A DNA stretch of 64,000 nucleotides. Source: Tubiluchus corallicola (lineage: Eukaryota > Animalia > Priapulida). Shown one piece after another: positions 14,401-27,934 of the stretch. The notes under the pieces are model-generated. The model worked only from the letters and a program-made list of their open reading frames with translations. It was not told the DNA's origin and made no database searches. The position numbers and the translations under genes are program-made. The number at the start of each line of letters is the position of its first letter. Within the stretch, counting starts at the first letter, position 1. The DNA lies in contig JAQGDQ010000030.1 of assembly GCA_030141605.1 (NCBI GenBank), forward strand, positions 541,171 through 605,170, given 5' to 3'.

Positions 14401-17400
14401 AACCTTGAAATAAATAACAATAACGTACCACTAATGATGGTATCAATAAGCTGTTCATCATAACTTTTTATAAAATAAGTCAGCAGACAAAATATAAGCA
14501 AAAGATAAAACAATAAAACAATCACAAGCTTGACATTCGTGCAGATCAAGCTGCATAGAAATTTCATAAAACTTGCCATTATATTGGATACACGCAACGA
14601 TCTTCACAAATTATACATGTTTTCACATCTGATTTCCAATTTGTGCAAATTACAACATCACAGTCAAAAACTTGATGCTTTTAGTAGTTTCTTTGAGCTA
14701 CTGCTGCATAATATGATATAATCTTATTCTAACTATGTAAAATTTTTCACTTTTGCATTTTATAATCCATGCTGGAACATGGGATACAGAAGTAGTTTTG
14801 GTTTGTTTTCCACAGTTAATTTGTGATAAATAAAATCACTAAAATTGATTTAAAAAAATCCAGTTATCTCATTCAGCAGAGGAATACATTTTACTTAGTA
14901 TACAAGTTACAATGTAAAATCAGTACCACTGATGTGTTACTTGAACATTTTTTACTCGCTTTTTGAAAATAAGAAATTTAAATGATTTCAAAAGGACAGA
15001 TATTCAGTTCCATTTGGTATTAGATATCAATCGATAGGTACTTGGTGTACTTGTCAATATAAAACTTTGACAGTTTCACTATGTTAAGAGCTGTTAGACA
15101 GCAGTAATATCTTCTGTACTATATGCTTCAAGCCTAACTTCTGTTTCTAAAGGCTTCTTCTCTTCCGGTTTTGACAGTGGCTCTGGATAGTCATAGAAGA
15201 TGCCCCAGTCTTGTTTTGAAAGTATTTTGTTCATTATATCTGCAAGAAAATATCAGAAGATATTTATTACTGAATTACAAAAATCAGGAATATTTGCTGC
15301 ATACGGTCATTGTTGAGTCCTACCACTCTAACTTCATGTATGAAGGTCATTCAAAAGGTTCAACTTTCTTATCTTCACTTTGAATATGAATAACTAAAAT
15401 GAAACTAAAATTACTCTAAAAACATTTCCTTTGTAGCTTGTGACCTAATTTTGGCAACGGAAAATGTCTGGGCAGTGGTTTTGTACTTAAGGCTGCCTGC
15501 CAATTGACCCTTCTTGCCGACCTTGTCCACTGTGGGTGTCTGAACTGTTCCCCGATTCTTACTAAATTCACTTGCCATCTTGACTTTTTCTGTTTTCTTG
15601 CATTTATAAGTTTCTCTTTGAAATCTTGATGATATTGCTGTTTCTTTTGATACCTTTTAGGAATAATTTATAACCCCCGCCATTAAGAAATAGCGAAACT
15701 TTCACAATGTTCAGTTAAGTGCGTCAAAATTAAAGGTCATGTTTATAGGGAAAGTACAAAAGTTCTAATCTAGGTTGTCTGTTTTCTGAATGAGGTTCAA
15801 GACTTTTTATCAACCCTCATTATATTACATTGTAGTACTCACCAGTATTGTTGTCATAGATGTAATCAGAAATACTTTGATTTAGCTATGTACCCATGTA
15901 GAATGTTAAACTAATCCATTTACCTTGGCTAACTAAAACTGGTAACTTAAATAAGTGCTGAATGTCGAATAAATGAAATACTACTGTCCACCACACAGTC
16001 ATATAATGAATAGAGAGGCATCTTAAACACCCAAAACCCGATACTCAGTTGTGCCATTACGTTGATTTCCATAGACTTAGTAATCATACAATGATTATAT
16101 TGAACACAGAGGTTTGTAAGCGTTCAAAATAGAATTGATACGTTGTTACTTGAAATCAGCTATTGAAGCAATAACAGCAGTATTTGTTTGTCCTGTCTTG
16201 AAAATTTTTAGCAGTTAAACCTTGAACCAGTAATCAGTTTTATTTGCATCAAAAGGTAAGCGTTGCGAAAATATTTTAAGGCTAAATACGTGCTTATATT
16301 TTATGTGGGTGTTGGTTTTTTTATTATATTGCTGTAGATCATGTTTTTCTGTTTTTTTAATAATAATGCTGAAAAGGTTTTTCACTCGCCAAAATTATAT
16401 GAGAGGTTATTTGTGTTTATCTAAAAAGAGTCAACTAGGCTTCATAGATTCCTTACTACAAAAAGCAATGGAAGATGTTCAAAACTTGCAAAAGATGCTA
16501 CGGGGCAGATAAGGGTTGTTACAGGTAAAACTTCTGTGCAAATACTTGTGTATTACTCAATGCTAAAAACTGAACTAAAAACTGTGAAAATAAATGAAGC
16601 TAATGCCCCCAGTAAAATGGTATGCAGATTATACTATGATATGCTAAGTTAAAATTAATTTTATAAGGGAAGGCTATCACTGTAAGTAGTCTAAAAGTAA
16701 AGTACATATTTATGTTGCCACATGCCAACATAGAAAATTAGTTTTCCATCACAGTCAGAAAGGAAAGACGGGGGACCTACCACGAAGAGCAGCTTGTTAG
16801 TGGGATTTGTTGTGTTAGTCAGGTATCAAGCTTTCACCTCTCTCAGCTCAATATCGCCTTTTTTGTCTGTGACATTTTCACTTTCGTCATACTCACTCTC
16901 CACTCCGATGGCCCCGGTATCGTCGACTTGTCGATGATAGTAATAGTTGAAGTTTGACACAATCACTGGTACAGGAAGAGCTATTGTAAGTACTCCAGCA
17001 ATACCAGCTAATGAGCCTACTACTTTGCCAAATCCTGTGATAGGTGAGACATCACCGTAACCCACAGTTGTCATTGTTATAATCGCCCACCAGAACGCAT
17101 GAGGGATGCTAGCATATCCGGACTCGTTTTCATCCATCTCTGCAAAGAATGCAGCACTTGCAAATAAGATGACCCCAATAATTAAGAAAAATGTGAGCAT
17201 GGCAAGTTCTTTAATGCTACCCCTCAGTGTCAAGCCTAGAACTTTCAAACCTTCGGAATGGCGCGACAATTTGAATATACGGAAAACTCGAATTAGTCGC
17301 AGAACTCTGAGAATAGCTAGTGACACACCATCTCCACTGCCATCGCTTTGAACGAGGTCAACAATGAGAGTGATGAAATAAGGCAAAATGGCAACAAGAT

Positions 17401-20400
17401 CTATTATGTTTAGTATACTTTTCCAGAAAGCACACTTTGCTGGACACGTAATCCAGCGGGTAAGCAATTCTATGGTAAACCATATAATGCAAAAAGTCTC
17501 AATGATAAAAAACGGATTTTTCATTTGTGCGTGAAGTGTATCCGATGCTGACAGGGTCACATTTTCTGTGAGAACAGGATCATATTTGTTGCGAAACGCA
17601 GGCAAAGTTTCAACGCAGAAGCTTACAATCGACAACAATATTACTGTTATAGAAAAAACGGCAATCATTCGTGCAAATGCTGACGTTTCTGGATATTCAA
17701 ACAAACACCATATTTGACGCTGTAACTTATTTTCTGGCATGATAGGTTCTTCGGGTTTTACATAACCTTCTTCTTTTCGGAATCTCTCATAAATGTCTTT
17801 GCCAAGTTCAAAGAACTTGATTTCTTGAGAAAAGATGTCTACTGGTACATTAGCAGGTCTTTCGAGACGACCCCAGCTTTGGTAAAAATATAAGATGGCA
17901 TCAAAGCTTGGTCTATGTCGGTCAAAAAAATATTCATCGTTTTTGGAATCGTAGTACTTTAGGCGCCTTTGCCTGTCGCCAAGCAAGGTGTGCGGAAATC
18001 TTTCCAAAGTTGACCGCCATGTCTCGTACCTATGAATAAAAGCAACATTTATTTTAGAAAAGTCTAGTATATAAGGACAGGAGTGTTTTCATTTGAAAAT
18101 GGACATGTATGGGCAGCATAATAACTCTTAATATAATGTGTTTCTAATAGTCATGTCTCTGATACTTTCCTTTAGGATTACTTTTATGAAACAATCTCAG
18201 ATACTAAGTTTGAAAAACTGTTTAGAAAGTAATGGATTATTATATAAAAGTGCAGATCTATTATTATATTTTTTCACATGACGCAAAACATCTATATGCA
18301 AATACAGTGGGCACCGTTTATTAGACTCACGGTTAATAGACTCAGTCACTTAATTGGCTCAAAGACACCTGAAATGGGCCACTCCTATTCAAATGTTTAT
18401 AAAAACTGTCGGTAATTGACTTAAATAACTTCGAATAGTTGACTAAATATTTCACTTCACGCGCTTAAAAAAAGTAAGATACTTGTATGTACCCAAAGAG
18501 CTTTTACTGCTTTTATGTCTGTTTGCATCGATTTTGTGCACTATAACATAGGTAGAAACAGTCAGGTTAAGTACAGCTTTGTTTGTAAGCAAGTGCAGTA
18601 CGTTTGTCATATGCGCTAATATGCGGTTTTGCTTTGAATCTTGTCACCCGCTTATCTGCTGCAATTAAGCTGGTTGTTTCTGGAAGCTAAACATTTAATC
18701 ACTTGCCCAGGGGTTTGGTTTTGAAACTCCTGCTGCTTTTTACAAGGTCACGACCAACTCAAGCACTAAGTGACTAGGTGTTTTGAATATGTGAATATGT
18801 GCGGCCTACCGTAACAGATTTTCAATATTTTGATCCGCACTATGAGAATTTCATAAACCAACTTCTTCATGAAGAAATGAAGCAACCGACCTTGCATGAA
18901 TTTTTACAATTTTCAATGGTAATAATCAGATTTTTGCGATTCTTTTCTTTTAATTCACTTATAAAAATTATGTTTCTTAAATAACTGCACATAGGTATTT
19001 TTGACTATTTTCTTAATTCATTTCTAAGATTCCTTTAAAGCCTTTGCAATGCATACTAAGGTGATGAGTGATGACTCATACTTGTTTAGTAGTAATATGC
19101 TAAACCCTTCCGCTATTTGACTCAGTCAGTTAATAGGGTCAAAACACTTCTGTCCCAAAGTGAGTCTATTAAGCGGCACCTACTGTATCTTAATATTAAT
19201 ACTTACTTCATCCCGCTGATATTTAAGCATACGCGGTCATCATATCGGCCCTTTTCCTGGGGCGACAGGTGTTGTGTGTAACTACTTGGGCTTTGTGTGG
19301 AGGACGGAATGTCATCAGGTGGTGGTCGAATATAGCTCAAATCTCTGCAAATAGTAAAAGATGCCACTTTGAAAACCGGAATTAGAATACATCAAAGCAA
19401 AGTATAGTACATCAAGTTACTCAAGATACCTTTCTGACTCCTCACATTTCATTGGAGCAGCATGTATTCAAATCACAGACACAGAAAATTGCTGACTTTT
19501 ATCTGACTGATTACTTGAAACTGTTGTTGGCTTTGATGTCTTGGTCATCTATTTCTCAATTGCGTAGGATGGTTGCATCCAAAAGTTTAGGATAAAGAAA
19601 TTCACTGCCTATTGGTTAATATTGCATAAATATTTTTTGATTTGCAAAAATGTTCAATAGCGTAAGCTTTGTGTTACTACTACTCACAAAATTCCCTATA
19701 GAAATTTCCATTTTTATCAGTTTTTACCAATTACAGGTTTTAGACTGCCTAGTTTTGTTGTTATTGTATTGACTCGGTTTTCTGTCCCCTCATGCATCTG
19801 CTGACTTTTTACTTTTACATCAAAATCATTAGATGGTGGCAAGGGTTAGATATTTCTTGTTAATACAGTATGGGTTTCATTTTATAGAGATTAGAAATAT
19901 TTAAAACTTACACACAAAATTTGTTGTAGATTAACCCAGTTTTTGATGACAGCTCCTGTAATAGTGAAAAGTGAGTGATTATGGATCGTATCAGTTTTTA
20001 ATCCCATCTAAAATGGAGCTATCTTTTCCATAATCGAGGTTTGCTTCTTATTTTGTCAGTCAGTAATTGATTTCTGATTGTTTTTGAGAGATATTTCTGG
20101 GCAACAATGGTTTTCCTCTAGTGAGAGGATGTTACCAAAGTTTGTGACTTTGTGGAAATCTAAAGAAAGGAATTCTGACACTCCAGAAAATATCTGTCTG
20201 CCATAGACTGGTCTCTGTTGACAAAACTTCTGTAGGCTATTACTTATTATCTCATTTCCTTTATAACTAACTGAGTGATAATTATAGTCTGCAAAAGCTT
20301 TTTTAGGTATAATAAATTTGAACTGATTTACTTGCTTTGTTAGAAGCAACTGTTGTGTTATTTTCACCCATTATTTGTAAGGTAAACATTTCCTTGACAA

Positions 20401-23400
20401 CCATTTCAAGTTTACACAGAAATATTTGTCTGTTGAGTCGTTTACAAATAATTCGTAGTGAAGTTCGCAAGGACCGCCCGCGTATGTTAAAACAGGATTA
20501 GTCTTGTATGGCTGGTAAACACTGAGTTTACACTTCTCATGTGTGAGTTATCACTCCCTCAGATAATAAATATGTAAGGAAATGCACATCCGAAATCATG
20601 GAAAATTTAGATGTCTTGTAGAAATGTATTGAAATCACGAATTGCAATAATTTGTGTTCGCAAAAATTAATAAATGGCACAAAGAAATAGCTAGCTAAAT
20701 AAAATAAATGTCAAAAAGTCATCAGATTTGCTGGCCATTTACAAATATAAGTACTAAGTAGCAAATGTAGTTAAGAACTAATAGTGAAAGATGTGGCTGA
20801 AAACATAAATGAATAATAGTGAAATGACATTACTGAAAAACTACAAAATTACCGTACTTAAAAATGTTGCGAGAAATAGTGAAAAAAAATGAAAAAACAT
20901 TATTTTAGTACATTTCACTAATTATGGGTGTTAATGTAGTTAAAGATGAGCTCTATATTTACGTAACAACAATTTGGTTTACAAAACGTTTTTTATGACT
21001 ATGTGAAATGTTTGAGATCATGTGCAAGTAACCTTGCCTAAGTTGCGCAATTGTTACTAGCATTGAAAGAGAAAAAAATACTATTACATGTGTAGCATTG
21101 ATGCACGTACGTACTGCGGATGAAGAGCTTAACAATAATTACTTACTGCGTTTGGTCATCATCAGCGAACGGAATGTTATTTTCTCTAAACTGTTGCTGC
21201 CTCGAGGCATTGTTATTGGCATTTTCATTAAGAGGTTCCATTTCTTCTAGTTCATTTGGGTCCGGCATAGACTGACTGTGCTTGTACTTTCCTGCCTTTT
21301 TCTGTTTATCAGCCAGTTTCTTTTTTGCAACTTCCCTGACCTCTTTTGCTGCTTCATCACGCAGCTGCCTGTAATGGGATAAACATTCTGTACTTGCTGA
21401 GAAATATAAAAAATAAAACATTCAATTTCTAACAAATTATTAAACTTAAGTACATATGATAAGTGACAATAGTGATGCAGTCAGCATCCAGTGAGGCTTG
21501 AGTTTCAGTGCTTTGGGTTAAAAATGTACAAAGACATCTTGAATTTTAAGAACTAACTTGTACAAAAGGTCCTAGATTTCAATAGATTTAATTAGTGATT
21601 TGGTGCAAATGTCACAGAATAATTATCTTAAATGTCACAACAATAAGTAAGTAAAAAAATTATTAAAAAAATCACCTTGTAACAAGAAGATAACAAAGAT
21701 GTAATTTTGTACAACATTGCCTGTGATTACTAGAATACAGAAGTGAACTTATTTTGAGTGGTGAATGGGTTATGGGTTGCAAATGAGCTAACTAGAAGCT
21801 AAAAAGATCAGCTGCCTTATTGTGACCCTAAATAGGTTTCCATAATTCCAGTTTCACTTGAAGTAGCCAAATTCCTTACCTGTTATCATTCTCTACTGTT
21901 GGCTCTTTATGTATGGTGGCAAAAGTCGTTATCACAGCATTGTTGTCTGTTTCTATATCAGTTTGTGGTGTGATAATTGCATACATTTTAATCGCTTACT
22001 TTGTTAAGCTAATATCTCAAGATTCTCTGTCAAACTAATGACTGATTTTTAGATGCTACATTGTTCAATTACTAGTGCACTTTTTGAGTGAAACCAAAAC
22101 TCGTGTAATTGCACAAAATTTAGTCCATTTAAATTTTATTTTTCAGCTTTGATTTATTTATTGAAGCTATTCACATCAAACTTGTAAAACCTCTGCGCCC
22201 AGAGCTAATACGATACACACTGATCACATTTATAAAAGCGATAATTGTTTCACAGACAAAGTGTACGGTCAACAGGTATGCTGACAATAAGATAAGCTTG
22301 TGCAAAATGCTAAATTCAGTTCTGGGACAGTTTCTAGACTAACATCCTTTTTCTACATAACTAGTTTCCTGTTATGATTATTCGATAAGACTTTATATCA
22401 TGTTTTGATCATTCATCCAAACGGTACTTCGTAGATGTTGAGGAAGGGCTGAGCTGTTAGTCATGTAAGGTAAGGATCATGTTTTTGGAAAACAGCTGAC
22501 TCACATTGTGTCACTATTGCTGATGGTTTTTGTTTTTTATATACTGTATTCCGGTGCACCAAAAGCAGAGTCCAATGCAAAATGATAAAGCCTGCTACAT
22601 GTATTAGTTCAGTTGAGAGGTTGTGGTAGAACCAGATCCTTTCTCATTATAGAGGACAATTCTCTTAATTGAGACACTGAACTGATAGGGATGTTCACAG
22701 GTATGTTCAGATGCATAATTAATTATATATTCTTCCTTAATGCCTCCTCATCATATGTATGTGGTTGCAGTATGGTATCTGGAGCTACTCAGAAGTAGTT
22801 TTCCCAAGCAGTCATCCATCCATTTAGCCTTGTATTGCTTAACTTCATAACCAAGCATACACTGTTAACATCCAGCTATTCCTTTCACCCCCTAAATCTG
22901 ATTGTTCCAAGTGTTGTAAAAATTAAACAATAAAATAATATCATGAAAATTTTAAACGCCGTATCCCTGGATTATCGCAATGTTCTATATTAAAGCAATT
23001 GTTATTAATTTTAGAAAATAACGAAAAAGTGTAAGTGCCTAATTTAATTACCTTGATAATGACTTCCACAAGGAATGTCCAAGTATTGCTTTAACAGACT
23101 TTAAAGCACTGGTTGTACATGGTAATGTTATATTTAGCAACAACATAGATTGACAAGACCTTTACGTGAGTATAAGTATCTTACTAGCTGCAAATTTAAG
23201 TGAAAGTTAAGTGTTTGTCTACTTGATAATGTTGGTCATGTCTGAGAGTGCAATCACAACGTGCTAAATAAACTCCATTATTTACCTTTAGTGGAGTTCA
23301 CAGGTGCATGAAATTCACTCTAATTTACGTGAATGCTAGATGTGCCAAAATAAAGAATAACAAAATTACCAAATTAATAAAAAGGTAAAATCAAGCATCT

Positions 23401-26400
23401 TTAAATATAGAGCACGTTTACTCACGATATCAGTTTCTACACTGTCTTTCTTACTTTCTAATTTTTTTGTTGTCCTGACCTTTCCACTTATTGTATTATT
23501 GTCTGTGGAAATCTTGACTTAATGCATGGCTGAGTGGTTTCAGTGTGTGGCTCAGCGGCAAAGTTAAGCAATGCCATACCTGGCAAATATGTAAATGGTT
23601 GACTGCTAAGAAAACTGGTTCTGGCAATTATTTTATCTAACGTTCTGCCACAGCATTTTCCGTCATATAAACCTGAAGACACAGTCCATCCTAGTGGACT
23701 GTCTTTGAGAATAAGCCAGTGTCGCCTGTGTTCCAGTGCTGCCACAGATATTACACTGATGTGCCGTGTGTAAGCGGATCCCTGCTTGCAGTGTGCTGAA
23801 CTGCATATAAAAAGTGCAGTCAAAGCTCTTAAGCGGGCTAAACGAATGTGGTGATGTTGAGTAATAATGTTGTAAAGGATGCCAAAACCAGTTTTTGTTA
23901 ATTAGCATGTGACATGCAGTATACAGCTTGGCTGAAACATCCTGCCCTTTAAGGTGTGTTTCAGTTCAGTACTTAATGGTAGTTGGCTAAGTGATTAAAC
24001 GGCTTCAACAATTGTTTTTTAAAAAAACAATCGTTTAGGCTATTGGGCAGAGAAAAATTGAAAATAAGCAGCAGGCATAGGCATAGCTGATAAAGAAATT
24101 TATGCGAAACATTTGTACATAGTGGATCAGGTTCAATATATTTTTTTTGTTGCCTGTATTCCCTAATAGTTTAACATTAATTCGAAGCTTATCGATGATA
24201 TACATAATAATTTTGCCGTATCTTAAAAATTTTAATAGATCCAGTTACTACTGATATGAATTAAAGTTAAGAGTAAATGTTACACTTACGATTTAGTTGT
24301 GATCGCACCTTCATCCTTTCGAACCATATTTGGTCAGGTTGTCCCAATAAGTTGTTCTCTTCTTTGCCAGGGTTTAGAACTTTCTTTTAGCACGAAATAC
24401 TGCAATAAATAAATAAATTGTCACCTGAACTTTGTCCCTTTTTTGTTTAGTTTTGATCAGCGTAGAGCTTGTATGGCACTACTCTGTTTTGTCAGTAAAA
24501 TGTTATAGGTTAAACAATGTTCATAGTATATATTATATCCCACAGTAGTCACTGTTAGTGTTTTTGTTATAGCTTCTTTTTTATGGAAGTTTAATAATTT
24601 TATTAAATTTTATGCTTACTATAAAGTGCTAGGTAAACAATTTTTTAGTTGTTAACATTCAGTTAACTAGCAGACTTTTGCATTAATAATTTGTCTTACT
24701 GCATAATTATTGCCATTAGTAACATAGAAAAAAAAACCACAGTAGTTAATTTATGTATGTATTTATGCGGAGGGTCTTGTCACTTAACTTTTAAGCTTTA
24801 TGGTCAGTACAATAGGTTCATTGTTGTGCTTTGCCAATAATTTAATGAATTTTATCTAGGGGCTTCCTTTTTTGTTAAGTTCTCTTCCATTGTACACAAA
24901 AAAAATGTTTTTTCCTTCAGTGCCGCACAACAGCTGGCTTATTCCGGAAGATAAAAAATGTAAACAATTCATTATTTTGCTTGATTTTGGTTTTGCTTAA
25001 ATTAGAAATTGTACATTTTGTTCAGGTGACAAATTGTAAGTAAGCAAAAGAGCAACATTACTTCCATAATTTGTTTTTATATGTAAATATTTACAAGCAC
25101 GAACGCTTGGTCGGTTTTGCCAGAATTATCGAAATGGTTTGCATTAATAATTACTCACTAATTAACCAATGGTTATTATTTACCAGCAAGTGACTTAAGT
25201 TCATTTTGTTTCACTTTGTACAATTAAGTTAGGTCATGTTGAATCATACTTGAGCTTAATTAGGCCTTTAGTAATATAGATGTTAGAACTGGAGGTTGAT
25301 GTACTGCAGCCTTTGAATTGCTTTTATTTTGTTTGGGTTAGAGTTAGAGCATCATGGATATGCTCACGCAACTGTTGACAACATTTACCAATTGTCCAGA
25401 TTAAATCTACGCAACGCCTGATGTGGTAGCAGCAACAGGTTGTACTGCTCGCCCACTTCATCGATTTACGAAAGTGAATAAATGTCGTGTTACAGTAAGA
25501 TACGTTTCGGTTTTCATGATAAAAAAATACATATTTTTGGGTAAGTTCGGCATTGCGTTGAATATTCAAGAGCAAAATAATTGAACTTACTGTTTGTAAG
25601 ACCTGCGCTTGAATCTTTATGCTTGCTAAACTAAATCACCATCCATTTTAACACGTTGGCAGTTCGCCCCACACACCCACAGCAACATGAGTAAAAACTC
25701 ACCCTGTCTGTGCACGGCAAGCAAACACTGACCGGCTAGTTCAACTAAGTTCTGCTCCGCTGCATCCCAGCAGCACGTTGTGGTATTTGTGATAGTTCAG
25801 TCTTGGCATTAAGTGATTGCAAATGACGTTCGGGGACTCACTTGACCTTGCCTTCCAGACACTTACCTGGATAGACTCGTTCAGCATCACATTGTTCTTG
25901 GTTGAGACTAAGACTGTTAGGGTTTAGCATGTACGCACTGTGCCCTAGTCGCTCTGAAAGCAAAAACTCTTTATATCGGTTGTTACTTTGAAATTGCGTT
26001 CCATTTAGTATTGTATTCAATAAATTTTTATCACCTTGACAATATTTGAATGTCGTTTGAATACAATCCACCGGACGTCTCTTAATTAAATTTATAATCC
26101 TTTATTTTAAGGGCAGTACCGCAGCAGCTGTAGTAGAGCAAACACGAGAATATAGTATTAACAGAGTTTAAGTAATGGTATTTGCATAGTACTGTTAGAT
26201 TTAACCTGTGGCATTAGTGGGTTATTTGGTGAACCAGGGTTATATCCATTCTCCGTAGGTACACGGTTGCGTCTGCTAAAGCCGTTTATTGTTACGTATT
26301 CAGTGTAACATCTAATGCCACTTTGCCTGCTGTCATCCAGATTTCAGTATGTATGGACGTTGCTAAAAGACGTTTATAGAACATTTTGGCCAATTACAAC

Positions 26401-27894
26401 AGTAAACGATGGCAATAGTAAACTGAATAACACCAGTCTGTCTACAACACTGATTGCAAAATCGGAAAATCAGCCTGTTTCCATAGTGCCATGGCAAACC
26501 TGTCTGATTCTTATTGAGATAGTATGGAGACTTGCACTAAAAATGATATGCGGCTCACAAAATCTCGTAGTAGTAGTAGTAGTTCATAAGCTTTGCTGTC
26601 ATATGACTCTTTTCTACGCCTTTGCGTCCCGTCCCCCATCCGGGTGTCTTCATGGTGGCTCTCATGGCAATCAACATGTTTTGTAAAAGACGAGCGATGT
26701 AATTTTAAATTAATTTTTGATTCTAAATAGTAGAGTATTTGTGAAATACTTTAATTAAGCCGCATCTGCGCCCTTGTATTTACATTATTTTAGGAGCTGT
26801 TGAGTTGAATTGAGGTTGTGTATGTATTTACCTGAAAATGTATGTTTTCAAAATCAGCTATGTCTATGGAACTTGCCCGAAAGTAATTCCACTAAAAAGC
26901 CTTAGTCCAGGAAAAATTGATTATTCAAGGCAAAAATACAGTACATTATTTAACCAGACTAATTACTGATCTAGAAGAAGACATTTTGAATAATATATTC
27001 CATATTTCTTGTGATTTCAAAAACCTGACAGCGTTTGGGTTGAAAGTTTATTACATTACGTTACGTTACGTAAAAATGAAAGCTTTATGAACTAAATACA
27101 ATGCAAAATTACGCACTTAGATTAATACATGCCTACTCTCACAAATCTTCTAAACAACATGCTGCTTCTGTAACAAATTTAAGAACTTCCACAAAGATAC
27201 CAATATTAGAAGCCTATCGAGATTACAAAGCACTGATATTTCTTTATAAATATATTAATAAGCTGAGTTTACCATTTATAAACAATCCTTTATCATTCAT
27301 TCCAGATGCCACTTTAAACAATAGAACGTGCAATTTAAAGCAAATTACAGCAAGTAATCAATTTGGAAATAACTCTATATAAAAACAAGCCATACATTTA
27401 TGGAACTTATTACCCAGTGAAAAAAAAACAATTAAAATCTCTCTACCAGTTTAAAAAGAAATTAAAAGAATATCAATATAACAAGTTTGAACTTCCAAAT
27501 TATGCATCTGATACCAATTACACAGACTCAACTTTCATCTACCCCCCGTCCCTGATTTACATAGATGATTAAGAATGTAAAATTTATGTAATGTAATGTG
27601 TGTTACGTTAATTGTGTAATGTCAAACGTATATGCAGTGTATATGTCGTTTAAAATTTAATGTACTTTTGTAATATTGTTTTGTAAATATGTTTTAATAT
27701 CATGTTTGTAAATATGTGCATATATAGTAAATAATTAGACCTTGGTTTTGCAGGTTAGTTTTTTTAGTCTGCACTGGATGCATTTGTCTTGAACAGTGTT
27801 GTCATTTTAACATTACGCTGATGCTTACTCAATTTTATTGTAATGAGTGAACCATTTTAATGACAGATAAAGAAATATATATATAATAAGTTTA

Positions 27895-27934
<40 letters not shown>

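Noticed and set aside
17106-17351. Plus-strand 81-aa ORF
   Set aside because: Antisense shadow of the Kv1 transmembrane exon; the same applies to 36276-36727 and 41054-41251 over the DUF3504 gene.
21143-21421. Separate small gene ending at TAA 21143
   Set aside because: The stop lies within a GTAAGT donor whose phase matches the next Kv1 exon.
23051-23510. Further Kv1 coding exons at donors near 23052 and 23426
   Set aside because: No in-frame ATG without an intervening stop and weak or unmatched acceptors; could be UTR exons but unsupported.
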